A DNA stretch of 64,000 nt, from contig CM097883.1 in assembly GCA_044892505.1 (NCBI GenBank), positions 421,600,001 to 421,664,000 on the forward strand, in the 5' to 3' direction. Shown here piece after piece: positions 10,901-23,454 of this stretch. Each line of letters begins with the position of its first letter. Positions within the stretch are counted from its first letter, which is position 1. Below the pieces are notes generated by a model that was not told the DNA's origin, did not search any database, and worked only from the letters and a program-made list of their open reading frames with translations. The stretch comes from Schmidtea nova. Lineage: Eukaryota. The position numbers and the translations under genes were made by a program.

Positions 10901-11588
10901 TTTCTTCCAAATAAACGATACTTTCCACTTCAAAATTTCCTTTGTTATTTGTATGAATTCCGGATTTTCTTTCTACATTGGCTCCTTGCTGGGTGCGTTA
11001 TCAATTTTGTTTTTTTATTCTTGTTTCCAATACAATATTTTCCCGATTGCTGGCTCCTTAATTTTCCATGAAAAAAGTTTTTTGATTTCCCACCATATTT
11101 GACCATTTTCATCTATTATTTCTACTGCCCCTCTGATAACATGGATATGGTATTCTTCTTTATTTGATATTTTTAATTCATTTGTTATTAGGAATTTTGA
11201 TCTTCTGTTGATGTTGAATAATTGGACTTTCATTTTCTGTCATTCAACCTTAGTTAATTTGGGATTTGTAAGTTGTTGGTCATCTGGAATTTCTTTTAGC
11301 CGGCGTGATTTCTCATCATCTTCAGATAACTGTCGTACGTTCCTCTGGCCCGTTGTAGCTGTTACATTTTTACTAAATGTTTATAATTTAGTCTCCTCAT
11401 AATCGATCCAAGGTATCGGAATCTCGGATTGATTCGTAGGCTCTTTCAGTTTTTGAATTTCATAGATGATGACAGATATGACAAATATTATTATAATGAT
11501 AATTGTTATAAACAATGTTACACATAGAATTACTTGGATTGGACACCTTGAAGTGAGCGGTTGTGATTCGAGTTGATTGATTTAATTT

Positions 11589-12491
11589 CTATGGGTAGCT
11601 GTCCAACTCAAGATATGATACCTGAACAAATTTGTCCTCTACCAATGTTAATTGCCAAAAATTAGAGTATTTGGCTCGCCGATAATATTTTATTTTTATT
11701 ATCACTATTTTAGAATTCGATTTTGATCGTAGTTGTCGGAAAGATAAGATCTGTGAATCATTTTGGTTCTCTAATATTCCTTGTATTTTCCCACAATAGT
11801 ATATAACAGCTCCTTGATTGGGGTACGTTTGACGGGCAACATTTATCGACTGGTTATACACATAAAAGATAACTCTGTTTGTCTCATTAATCAAGTTTAT
11901 CATGTGTTGACTGGAATGGATTAGAACCCACTGATTGATACTGCCAGTTCCGTTTTCATAAAACGATTTTTCAAAATATTGTATTTGAATGTTATACATC
12001 TAAAATAATTTTAAATTAACATAAATTATAAATGATTTTCTGATGTTCAGTGTATCGATAGCATAATTTTGAAAGACTGTTTTTACTTGCTGGGATTCAT
12101 GAGATTTCCAATGTTCTTTAATTCCATGGATTACTGGTTCAATTGATACACAGTTCTGTAGCATTTTTGTCCATACATTGACACGTAATAGATCATGGAC
12201 TTTCGCAAGGTCATCTTTAAAGTTGAATTGTGTTATTAACCAAGGGTATTTATAATTCATTGATAATTCACGAGTGACATGGATATTCTTGTTATAGTTT
12301 AATTTTACTGGGAGTTCGAAATAGTTCAGCAGATTGTTTATCTCTATTTCTTCCGTTGCCTCGCAATAATAGATCCATACTATTTGGGTACATGTTGAAT
12401 ACACATCGATTTTTTCTAATAATGAGACTTTCTTCATTGCATATGTTGGGAATGTTCGTACTGATTTTGTATAAAAAACATTGATCATCAT
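11589..12491 (-). pseudogene. Unknown ~300-codon accessory ORF downstream of a Gypsy integrase tail, split by one in-frame stop
   Basis: ORFs 12000-12491 and 11589-11999 are in the same frame and separated only by a TAG. No family recognised. Confidence 0.5.
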
Positions 12492-12593
12492 ACACTGTTG
12501 TAAGCAACAACGTTTTACTCAGGTAATTTAATTGAGTGGAGTTTTTTTGTTAATTTTTCTTTAATTAATTTTTCTTTTTCGCCGTTAATTGGT

Positions 12594-12740
12594 TTTGGCC
12601 TCAAGGGGTACCGTTCTTCCAGCGGAACTTTCTTACATCGATTCACATGAATGACAATCGTTCCCGCTTTTTATTGTTTTGTGGACGCAATTTTAAATTT
12701 GTTTCTGTTGCATCACAAACTAAATAAGGTCCTTTAAATG
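12594..12740 (-). pseudogene. Gypsy integrase C-terminal GPY/F domain fragment
   Basis: FKGPYLVCDATETNLKLRPQNNKK, then after a frameshift TIVIHVNRCKKVP. Confidence 0.8.
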
Positions 12741-12743
12741 GTC

Positions 12744-12915
12744 ACCTTCCACATTTGACCATGAAGACTCCACTTTCCAGCACCGAGAACGAAACTTTTC
12801 CATTCGCTCTGTCATAACTTTCCTTTTCCATTTCTGCGACGCAAGATGTTAGATGACACATGCTCCGATTCATTTTGGTCAGTTGGATGATCATTTTATC
12901 TATTTTGCTTACAAT
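12744..12915 (-). pseudogene. Partial copy of coiled-coil ORF family A
   Basis: KIDKMIIQLTKMNRSMCHLTSCVAEMEKE..MTERMEKFRSRCWKVESSWSNVEG matches the ORFs at 36356 and 58203. Confidence 0.8.
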
Positions 12916-12999
12916 TTACTCAAGAAAACATATACGATTAAATAATAATTTTCAATTTCAACTCCTATCCTCATGAATATTTATATTTATCAATTAAAA

Positions 13000-13900
13000 A
13001 AAATTGTTCGGCATCATCACAATTCGGGGATCTAAATCTTGTTGGGTTGGCATAAACATAAATATAGCAGCACATTAAGGAAAAAATAGAAATAATCAAA
13101 TAAATAATTCAGAAAGAGAAACGATAAAAGAAAACATCAAAGAATAGTTAAACAATGATAATTAAAAAGGAAAACGATTAAAACAAAATAAAACAAACAA
13201 AACCGAAGAAAACACGAAAATGAGGAAAAAACCAATAAAAAAAGAATTAATCAAATTAATAAATCAAATAAGAAATAAGAAAAAAGAAAATAATTGTTAA
13301 AAAACAAGAAATAAATAAAAATATATAAACCAGTTTTGTATAGCCAATAAAAGGCTTGAACGATTCTAATTGGCTGCTTGAGCGCCAAAATTAGTATAAA
13401 AAGGCGCTAAAGTCAATATCAGGAGCATTTATTGAGAGCAATTTTTTAAGCATTTATTTTTAAGCAATATTTTTCCTTCATAAGCAGTATTTTTCTTGTA
13501 AGAGCATTTTTCTTGAGCATATTTTTGCACAAATTTCCATAACTACTTTACGAATCGTTTACTTGGAACAACAGTCGGAGGACGAATCTTTACTATAAAA
13601 ATCGTAAATCAGAACAGGACAGTAAGTATTTTGTGTTGCTTCAAATAAATATTTCATTATAAATTATCGTATTATGCTTTTCTTTAATTGTCATTAAAAA
13701 CTCATGATAGTAGGAAGTGGCCTTAGAGTCTGGACGGCCCTAATGGTTGACGGCTTCCCAGTAATTACGCCCTCCACTTTGAGCCTTCGAGCGTGGGATG
13801 GATGAAGGGACTACCGTGTGGCAAGATAGGAATATTTTGCAGAGCGTTGTTGACATCCGAATGCGGTGTTACGAGCAGAACCCAATTAAATCCAAGAATA
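13000..13900 (+). repeat. LTR-like promoter module with probable short intron
   Basis: A-rich tract, CCAAT (13344), ATTGG, TATAAAA (~13395), donor GTAAGT (13622) and candidate AG acceptor (~13713). About 100 bp downstream is homologous to 25790-25890. Confidence 0.55.
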
Positions 13901-13979
13901 TATAGTGTTGGGATAGTACAAAAATAAAATAAGACACAAATTAGATAATTAATTAGGGAACGACAAAAGTTAACGGGAG

Positions 13980-14425
13980 ACATTAAAATAATAATAAAAG
14001 ATTAAGAAATAACCAGTACACAAAAGAATTCAATTAAAACAAGAAATAAAATGGAAAAATCGATAAAAAATGACAAAAATATGAAATTAAGCAAAAATTA
14101 GAGAAATAACAAGATTCAAAAAAATAAAATGGAAGTAATAAAAAAATTAACAAATTAAACAAATAATAAAATAATATTGAAAATTGAGTCATTTGACCAA
14201 TAAAATGTTAGCTTGATTCTGATTAGCTACCTGAGCGCTGAATTTAGTATATAAGGAAGCACTCAGGTTAGTCCCACAATGTCATTTTCCTACCTAAAAA
14301 GGTCATTTTTCACACCTAAAAGGTCGAAATTATCATAACAACTCTATTTTCAATTTCCACAACACTCGGAAGACAATAACTTTTTTTAATCAAACTTTGG
14401 ATCCCGAACAGAACAAGTTGTAAGT
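13980..14425 (+). repeat. Second adjacent LTR-like promoter module
   Basis: CCAAT (~14197), TATATAA (~14248) and GTAAGT (~14420). The A-rich part aligns with 28480-28630. Confidence 0.55.
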
Positions 14426-15399
14426 ATTTGTTGTAAACTATAATAAATATTTTTCAAGACAAAATTCCGTTTGTTGAATTATTATGATTTGAATATAGAT
14501 CATGCGAGGGTCGTGACAATCAGGGAGGATTGGTCAGCCCTCCGGGGATCTCCATCTTCGTTTTGTGCCCACGGGAATGGGGCGAAGATGGATGTCTCCG
14601 TATAAGACTTTTTTTTTATAGATTTGGGTGACAGGGTGAATGGCGGAACCGAGCGGCGCAGATTCCTAGCGAAGTTGATTTTTAGTGAACGCCAAAAGTA
14701 AGCGCATTTAGAAAGGTTTCATAAAAATGAGCAACTCATGCTGTCGAGCGCGCTTCATACCAGTTGATTTTTTCATTTCTGCCACACCGATTTGGTGCTA
14801 GAATTTTTGAGACGAGGTCTCCCTCGACCCTGTAGAAAGTTTTCTTTAAAACCACGGAAGGGATATAGCAGCTTAATTGCCGTCAATACTAATCCAACCA
14901 GTTTGAGCACCGAGGAAAGCGAGACTAGATGCAATTAGATTCCAAACTACAAAACAATCCCTCGAGTCGAAAGTATATTAATAGAACAGTTATTCATTTT
15001 ATCGCGTCAGTTATTACCGACCACCCTCATTCCCACCGAAATTTAGGGATATCAACCGCAGATTACCACACAGCAAGATTATCATACCCACGATTTCGAC
15101 AAAAATATAGTGACTCATTCAATGATCATCGACAAAATCTCAAGTGAGAGAATCCAGTTGTAGGAAAGCAATATGCATGTCGGGGAGAGAATTGAAGTGG
15201 CTGTTGAGAAAATTATCAAGTAGCGAGCTTAGAAATTTCGTGAATCGACGTGAATAAGTGATTCGTATATATACAAATTTGAAACACACACACATCGACC
15301 AATCAGAAACATGCACACATATATTTTAAATTACAACTTTTAAATTTCAAATACCACAACATAAAATATTCATAAAATACCTAAGTTTTTTCAAATAAG

Positions 15400-16609
15400 T
15401 TATGTTAATATGTTAATATCAAAATAATTTCCTTCTGCACTGACACAATTTTTCCAACGAATAACGAGGTTTTTGAAGGCGTTTTTGAAGAATTCTGGAG
15501 ACTTTTCTACCAGAAAACTCTCCTCGGCTGCTCTCAAATCATGTTTGTTGGCAAACACTTGGCCCCGCAGATGCTTCTTAAGATAGTTAAACATGAAAAA
15601 TTCGGAGGGAGCCAAATCGGGGCTGTATGGTGGATGGGGAAGCAAATTGAGCCCGAAACGCTCAATTTTGGTCATGGAAACGCTGCTGGTGTGGATTAGA
15701 GCATTATCGTGTAAAAAATAGAGATCACACACTCTGCTCTTGCGTCGTGCCTTCCTTGCTTCCTGCACTATGTTGGAATAGTAAGAACTATTGATCTTCA
15801 CGCCGGATTCAGCAAAATCAGTCAGAATAATGCCATTGGCGTCCCAAAACGCCGTTAGCATGAGAGCCTTTCGGTGGCAAGTTGAGGACCGCATTTTCAG
15901 TGAGCTGCTTTCTCCTGGCAGTTTTCATTCTTGAGACTCTCTTTTAGATTCGGGGACATAAAGGGACAACGGTGTCTCGTCCATAGTGATGATAATATCG
16001 ATGAAACGGTCTCCAACATTGGTCATGATCTGCAGATTCTCCAAGAAGCATTCCAAGTGTCGTTGTCGCATTTCCACCGTTAAGAAGCGTGGCACAAAAC
16101 GGGAACATAGTTTTCGAATAACACTTTCAGTGAGGAGAGTATGCACAGTGCCTTTGCTCATATTTAGAAGGGTTATGAGCTCTCTCGTCGTTATTTTTCT
16201 CTCGTTTTGCACGATTGTCTGCAGCTTTTGCGTTATTTTTTCATCAATTTCTGAGGGTCTTCCAGATCTTTCTTCGTCCACCACGGAGGTTCTAGCACTC
16301 TGAAAGTAAATGAACTAACGATAAATTGTTGCTGTGGATGGGCACTCTTGTTGGTAAACAGCTTAAAGTTCAGAAAGAACCTCTTCTCTATTTATTCCTT
16401 TCAGAAAGAGAAAGCGATTAACGCTACGGTATTGAATAGTTTCCAGAGGCATTTTTCGAATGTTCGCAAAAATATACTTAAACAATAATGGATTATTAAA
16501 ACAAAATACATTTTCTTTACCTATATATGTTGAAGTTTAAATATGTCTGTATCAATTTTTTACTATTGTTATTTCTATATTAGTCTCACGACTTATTGGT
16601 CGCACCACG
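15400..16609 (-). mobile_element. Mariner (DD34D-type) element with a full-length but inactivated transposase
   Basis: Motifs VDEERSGRPS, RKLCSRFVPRFLT, ITMDET, LHDNA and HPPYSPDLAPSEF (third D is E). At least three nonsense codons between 16452 and 15400. 5' TIR TA|CGTGGTGCGACCAATAAGT ends at 16609; 3' TIR not found. Confidence 0.95.
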
Positions 16610-16789
16610 TAAATAATAATAATTAATAAAATAATGTTAATTAATAAAACTTTTAAATAATTTTAATAAAATTGTAAAAATAAAATTAATAATAATGTAA
16701 ATAATGTTAATTAATAAAATAGTATGAAGTTATAAAATATTAAATTTAAAAGTAAATTAATAATAATTCTAAAAAGAGGGGTAAATTGA

Positions 16790-17140
16790 ACGTGTGTTGA
16801 AATTTTTTAAATTTTAAAGGATTTTGGATTTTTTAAAAATTTTTAAGTTTTTGAAAATTTTTGTATTTTTGAAAAAATTTTAATTTTAAAAGTTTGACCT
16901 TAAAAATTTTGAATTTGACCTTTATTTTACCTAATTATTTGACCTTAAGTTGACCTCATAATTTGTCCTTAAATTGACCTTGAAAATAAAAAAATTAATT
17001 TTTATGACTCATCGCTTGTGTGTGTGTAAAAAAATTAGGGGGGGTTCGCAAAAGAAAAATTTAAGGGGGGAGTTCGCAAAAAAAGTACCCCGGGGGGTCT
17101 ACTTGATTTTGATTGGATATGACTCATCGATTACGTATTT
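16790..17140 (+). repeat. Dispersed repeat with TTGACCTT units and G-runs
   Basis: Homologous to ~47600-47920 (GGGGGTCTA..GACTCATCGAT.ACG). Possibly a transposon terminus. Confidence 0.4.
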
Positions 17141-17164
17141 GTTCCAGAGTGCACACATCTGTCT

Positions 17165-17508
17165 ACTGAGGAGCATAAGACATCATTCATGGAGAAAGCC
17201 CATTCAGTTTGGATCGAGATAGCCCGGGCATAATTACTTGCCATGGTAGTAAATCATGGCCGATTGATGACGACCGGGACTACCTCGATGATTTACCAAA
17301 CTTTTTCGTGAAATCGCCTACCGAGATCCCAGGGCGATTCAAGATTTTCTATGTGGGGACGATTCCCGCCGAGGAGTTCTGGAGCCTCAGGCGATTTGTA
17401 CTAGGCCATGCTCCAGCAGAAGGAACATCAGATACGCCATTCAGCCCATCGAATACTCGCGAGATGGAGTTCGATGAGGACTGTATTGAATTTATTGATC
17501 TTTGTTGA
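17165..17508 (+). pseudogene. Unknown ORF family B1, copy 1
   Basis: DSPGIITCHGSKSWP..DDLPNFFVKSPTEIPGRFKIFYVGTIPAEEFWSLRRFVLG aligns with 20215-20560 (DSPDEIIWHGSQEWP..EDLPKYFVETPIDVPGRFQIYYSGSIP*DDFWSLK*FVFG). Confidence 0.7.
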
Positions 17509-17789
17509 ACATTAATCTAGTGATCTAATTTGTCGCAGTTAGAAAATATTATTAAATTGTTGTTCGTCTCAGTTCTAGTTTTGTGTTTTATTTAAATTAA
17601 CTTAATTATTTCTAAAAAGTTGTGGTTTTTATATCATGGTTTTTATATCTTTAAATGGGATGAGCAAGTAAACGCCCAACCTGAGTACAGTGAGGGAAAA
17701 GAGCAAGGTAGAGAAAGTCTCGATTTATGAAGGAAATAGCTAACGTAAACCACAAATGGTACTATCCTATTTTTCTTAAGGAAAATCGT

Positions 17790-18200
17790 GACATCGAAGC
17801 AAGAGGTAATTGTGAGATTAAAGCGACGCATAATCGAGCTGGAAGAGAGTTATTTCACAACTTCAGATATGAAAAGAGTACAAGAAAAATTGCAGCGAGC
17901 GCAAAGAACGATAGAAGACCAGCGAGTCGAGTAAGAAGCCATTCGAATCGAAATAAAAAATTGTCTCCGCGTGGTTATGGAAGATTTTGTAGCCGTACAG
18001 TTACAAGACCTGATTAGGCCTAAAACTCGAAAAATGGTTTCCCGAATTATTCGACGAAGAAAGTAAAACAGGAGCAACGAAAGAGTCCAAGAAGCCAAAA
18101 CCGAGAAATCGCCGAAAATCTCATGCACCGAGACGCCGACAGCTAAAACAAAATCTTGCCGACGAGAGGAATTAATCGACATCCAATACTATCCTGAGAA
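17790..18200 (+). pseudogene. Coiled-coil ORF family B2, degenerate copy
   Basis: KQEVIVRLKRRIIELEESYFTTSDMKRVQEKLQRAQRTIEDQRVE* aligns with ORF 20913-21350. Confidence 0.7.
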
Positions 18201-18445
18201 CGACCGAGGCGAGAAGTTGATGTGACGGATTATAAAAAATGTTTTCGTTTGTGTATTAATCAAATATATGTAATAATTAATCTTGTGAAATAGTTTTATT
18301 GTTTTGAGGGGCTATTAATAATAAAATGAGCGAAAGATAAAGTTGGATTGTTGAACCAATAATAGAAGGAGAAGAACATGCCAGAGTATTAAGTTCACCT
18401 TAAAGAAGAGACATGCGACTGGGTGAGGAGCTAGCGTGAATAATA

Positions 18446-18568
18446 CCTTCTATCGGTCAGTTAGAACCCAAACGATGCGACAAGTCAGGAGTAGTTCTTG
18501 TGAAGGAGCTCACCTGCTGACTTGCGATCGGCTATTTTGCACATTTCCAACGTGAAGTATTAGGGTAA
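18446..18568 (+). ncRNA. Candidate structured RNA motif, copy 1
   Basis: Hairpin CAAGTCAG-GAG-T-AGTTCTT[GTGA]AGGAGCT-CAC-CTG-CTGACTTG within the CCTTCTATCGG..GGGTAA frame. Confidence 0.55.
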
Positions 18569-20214
18569 TTAACGGGTGCATAGACAGTATGACTTGTATG
18601 CGTATTGTAACTCTAGAAAGATGAGTGAGTGTAGGTTTGAATGGTTGTAGACTTAAGTAGGAAGGGAAGATCAAAATAAAGTAAATAGATCAAAGTTTAA
18701 GTTTGAATATACAATACACCAAAATAGTTAACAAGTGTCGAATAAGATATTGTCAGTGCATTCTTACGTAATCAACGATAAATTTTCCATAATCCTAGGA
18801 AACAGCTTGCATTTTCGTCAGCCTGTTGGAAATCTCATTAACCGTTGTAAAATTTGGCGTACAACCACAGTATATTTTTATTAAACCCGAAACACTAGAA
18901 ATGGAAACCAGTTTATGCGACTAGTAAAATACTTGTTTGATTAAATGACATTTTAGAGAAATTACGAGGGAGCTGGTAACTGCGAAAATTCAAGTAATAA
19001 TTCGGCTGAAAATCGACTAAATTTATGAGAGGGAAAATCCGATTTAAAGTATAACATAATCGATATATCTCGAGTAAATTAATGTAAATTAAAATAAAAT
19101 AACCGATACAACTTGACAAAAAAATATTGTACATCAAGAGTAATGAAGCGAACAGAGCATAAATCAAATAATTAATATCCGATATGGAATTAAATCTTGA
19201 CTATCCATCTCATGTTCATGGAATTTCTAGTAGTTACCGATTTCCCACAGAGAGATAGCGTGCAGAGACGACGAGAGTTTTGACTTCACAGTATTCAAGT
19301 ACCAGCTGGACGGTAGCATATGAAATCCGCAGTTAACAGTTAACGAGACGAACACCGGGAAAATACAGAGTAGGATAAAACTGATAATAAATTAATGCAG
19401 TCAGAGTTATCTGGAGAGTAGAGAATGCGGGTTTACGATGGAAAACGATGTAGACAGCAATTAACTAAAATTACCTAATAGGTTAGATGAGTAAGATACG
19501 ACCAATTAATGGATTCACTAATGGATTTTCCATTAGGAGGAATTTTTTTTTTCTAATGTACATTGACCGTGATGAAGAAGTGAAGAGGGAGGATGTTGTC
19601 TAATTTGTTAAACTAAATTGATGGGTAATGCCTAATGGACTGTTTGAATTATCGCGATAAATAATTTTCGATGATTTTTCCCTAATGAGTAAATGAAATT
19701 AATTGATTAAACTATTATGCACCCAAATCGAGAAACCTACCCGATATAATAATGATTGCGAATCCGCCATCACGGGAACAAGGAGCGTATCCCTAAATTA
19801 ATAAATAAATCTCAAAACAAAGGCCCAACCAATCTCCAAAAGTAATGAATAAATAGTAGTCAAAAACATAACAAGGGAAATGAATTGATCATTGACGTAA
19901 GAGTATAAGATGAAAAGCGTAAGCGAGAGTGATGACTATCGATCTAATAAAAGTATAGGTACGATTAATCATGGGGAAACAAAAGACACCAATTTTATTT
20001 TTCCTATTAACTAGTGGGGAAAGCCACGAACTGAGAGAATAGTAAATGTAACGGCAGGGGACTTATGAAATTGATCTGTATCTATTCTTTAACGTAACTG
20101 CTTTAGATCTATTATGAACAATACCTGCATCCGAATAAAAGGAGCGAGAGGATAGTCCGCCCCTACCATCCAAAAGACGATAAATCAGAAATCCTACAAT
20201 AACCACCTGATAGT

Positions 20215-20560
20215 GGCGATGCCACTCAAGGCTATACCCAGAGAATTAGCTAGCGAAATTGTCAAGGAGCACCGAGATACATTTCAGAGAACCGGGTTTA
20301 GTCTATTCCAGGACAGCCCCGATGAAATAATTTGGCACGGAAGCCAAGAGTGGCCTAATGATGTGAACCGCCAATAGCCAGAGGATCTACCCAAGTATTT
20401 CGTGGAGACGCCCATCGATGTTCCTGGGCGTTTCCAAATATATTACAGTGGCTCTATACCATAAGACGATTTTTGGAGTCTTAAATGATTTGTGTTCGGC
20501 CCTGCTCCTACAGAAATCCCTTTAGCCCCTCGGATGTCAGTGAGGCCAGTTAGAAGTTGA
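20215..20560 (+). pseudogene. Unknown ORF family B1, copy 2
   Basis: Homologous to 17165-17508, with several in-frame stops. Confidence 0.7.
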
Positions 20561-20912
20561 AGAACTTGTCGCGTATCTAAACTGAATCGTCTAAATTAAA
20601 TGTCGTAGATGTTTTTTTTTAAAAATGTCATCAGTTGTTCTTTTGTATTCATTTTAATTAAATGTTTTATTGATGTAGGAAAAGGTGTTTAGTGCAATCC
20701 ATTTAATAGGATATTATAGCATAGTAATCTATTCATGAGAGGTAGTATAAAGGGGCTGGTGATTAGGTATGTTAAGACGACGTATGAAGTTATAAATCGC
20801 TTATTTTATTACGCATTGAAAATGTGTGGGATTAGGACACGATTAAGTTACCTGTTTTGACTGAATTGGGCTAAAATCATTTGAAATTTTAGTTAAATCC
20901 GAAAGGAAGTAA

Positions 20913-21350
20913 ATGACGACGGAGAAGGATGTCATCGGATGGTTAAAGCGGAGAATTCTAGATCTAGAGAGTAGCTATTTCGCACCAGCCGAAATGAAAG
21001 CAACAAGAGAGAAATTAGCACGCGCTGTCAGAGTCATTGAAGACCAAAAAATCGAACTGAAGGCTGTCAAGATTGAATTGAACAACTGCAGAAAATTGAT
21101 CAGGCAAAAATTTATATCTGACAACCTAAGGGACTTGATTAGGCCACTGACGTTGTCAAATTGGTTCTCCGCACTAAACCATCCGGAGGAGAGCGTCAGC
21201 AATACGACTGAAGGTTCAAATGGAATATCCAGGAAAAGACGGAAAACGCGTGCACAGAGACTTCATCTCGCGAAACAGCGTCTCGAAGAGGAACAGAAGA
21301 AGTCGTCGACTGACTCAAATATAACCACCATTGAAAGTGAAAAAAACTAA
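20913..21350 (+). CDS. Intact 145-aa coiled-coil protein with basic tail (family B2)
   Basis: Heptad-like N-terminal half, C-terminal RKRRKTRAQR, and a degenerate paralogue at 17790. Confidence 0.65.
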   Translation: MTTEKDVIGWLKRRILDLESSYFAPAEMKATREKLARAVRVIEDQKIELKAVKIELNNCRKLIRQKFISDNLRDLIRPLTLSNWFSALNHPEESVSNTTEGSNGISRKRRKTRAQRLHLAKQRLEEEQKKSSTDSNITTIESEKN

Positions 21351-21559
21351 ATAAACTTGTCGTAATTGTATCATGGACTTTAATTATATGTATTGTATAA
21401 ATGTCTCTGTTGTTTTGTATTAATGATAACAATGTATAATAACTTAAAATATTAATCGAAAGTATTTTTCCGCCGAAGTGAATGGGTTTTACATAGCGTA
21501 TTGACAAAGGACACCCGAATTAGAGACCAGCGCAAGGGTGAGAGTAGGGAATAACATGA

Positions 21560-21679
21560 CCTTCTATCGGTCCAGTAGAACCCGTAGAGTGACAAATCGA
21601 GAGTAGTTCTTGTAAAGGAGCTCACCTGTCGATTTGCAGTCGGCTGTCATGCACAGTATCAACGTAAATAATAGGGTAT
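21560..21679 (+). ncRNA. Candidate structured RNA motif, copy 2
   Basis: CAAATCGA-GAG-T-AGTTCTT[GTAA]AGGAGCT-CAC-CTG-TCGATTTG, with compensatory changes relative to copy 1. Confidence 0.55.
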
Positions 21680-23454
21680 TTATGGATGCATCAGCAGTAA
21701 GATTTTTATGTGCGTGTTGTGCCTCTACAGCGAATGGTGACTGAGAGGAAAGATAAACATTTGTAAGTTTTGACGACAACACAACCAACAATCTCAAAGA
21801 AAAGCATGTATTTTCGGGAAATTTTAATCGCTATTATTTTGGCCTAAATAACTATTATTTTCATGATGTTTCAAATTTTTGAATTTTTAAAGTTAAAAAT
21901 TTAATTAAAAGTTTATTTAACTCCTATACCTAGTGCCTATCTTGCCCTATAAAATATATTTAATTTTTTGGTGAATTCTTAACATTTGTAATTTTGAAAC
22001 ATTTACCGAGGCCCTGGCAACGGCAACGGTTGTTACAGAAAAATTTAACATTTCTGAACCCTTATTTTAAACATTATATTATGGGTTAAAACGTTGACAC
22101 ACTCACATTATTTAATCAAATAAATTAATAAAATCTATATGGTACATTTTCCATACGTAAATCCAATATTACTTAAATTCTATTGGGTAAGTTATTTTAT
22201 AGGAAATTTTATGTTATAATCATTAATTGATTTTGTTTAAGGTAAATTTAGACGAAAATTCAAAGATTTCGGGAACTTTTCTAACTTGCCCGTATCTTGC
22301 TAATTTTATTTTCTTTATGGTTTTATTATTTCTATTTAAAAGATAAGTTGAATGTCCTTATTAAGACGTATGACAATTCGATTCACTTTTCTGTAATTTA
22401 AATTGGAAAAATATTTCGATGGGATGATTTTATTTCAGTCAATTTAGTTTACAATCAATTTGTTTCCTAATTTTCCAACTAGATATTTAATTCGACTGTA
22501 GTTCTTTTCACTCCATCACTGGGAATTCTGGCAATCACAATCTTACGCTACAATTTAAAACATTTTTGTCAGCCTCCCAGCACTTCTGGCTTCTTTTACG
22601 AATGGAATTTAACTTGTGCTTGTGAGAGGGCACTTCGGAAACTCGAAATCCGGAAACACTGTTCCATACGAAGAAAACTCCTGGTAAACTTATCCCTTCG
22701 CAATGCATTTGGCCCTTCAATAATCCTGTGATATGTAATATCTGAAGAAAACTTTTTCTTTTTGTTATGATTTAGAACTTGATGATATATAATACATTTC
22801 TATGGATTTTACTTGTTGATGCAGAGTCAAAAATAAATTTTTCTTATAGATGAATCGAGACATTGGTGAAAAATGGTAGTGATGACTTGTGAGTGAAAAT
22901 AGTACATTGATGAAAAATTTTGATGAGGTTTTCGATGTTATTATATGAGGTGCGTCGGGGTGAATCGGGGTGGTTATAAGGTAACAGGTAGGGTAAACCT
23001 TTAATGGATTCTCATGGCGGAAACATTTGATGTTAACAAGTGAAACGGTTAACGAATGATAAGTATAAATAAATGGTTCTTGTGCAGATTTTCCTGGGTG
23101 TAGCATGCTGTTGATGGGTGTGGTTAATGAATGAGGTGAAATAATTTGTATGGATGTATGGAGAAATAAATTCTCATGTGTGATGTATTGGATGTGGATG
23201 TAGATTGTTGACTGAACTGGTCAAATTAATTGTGAACAGGGGTGTTGTTCGATGCAAATAAATTATGTTAATGGATGTTGTGAGTTGAAATGAGTTTGTG
23301 ATATGGAATGTTGTAGTTGCAAATTATTGATTTAAACCAAATTCAGTTTTTGCCCAACACTTAGGATGGATAAATTTTTTAAATTCTAAAATAGGTGTAA
23401 AAATTAAGTTGTAACCTTTATAGTAAATCTAATTTTGGACCCTAAATTTAGACA

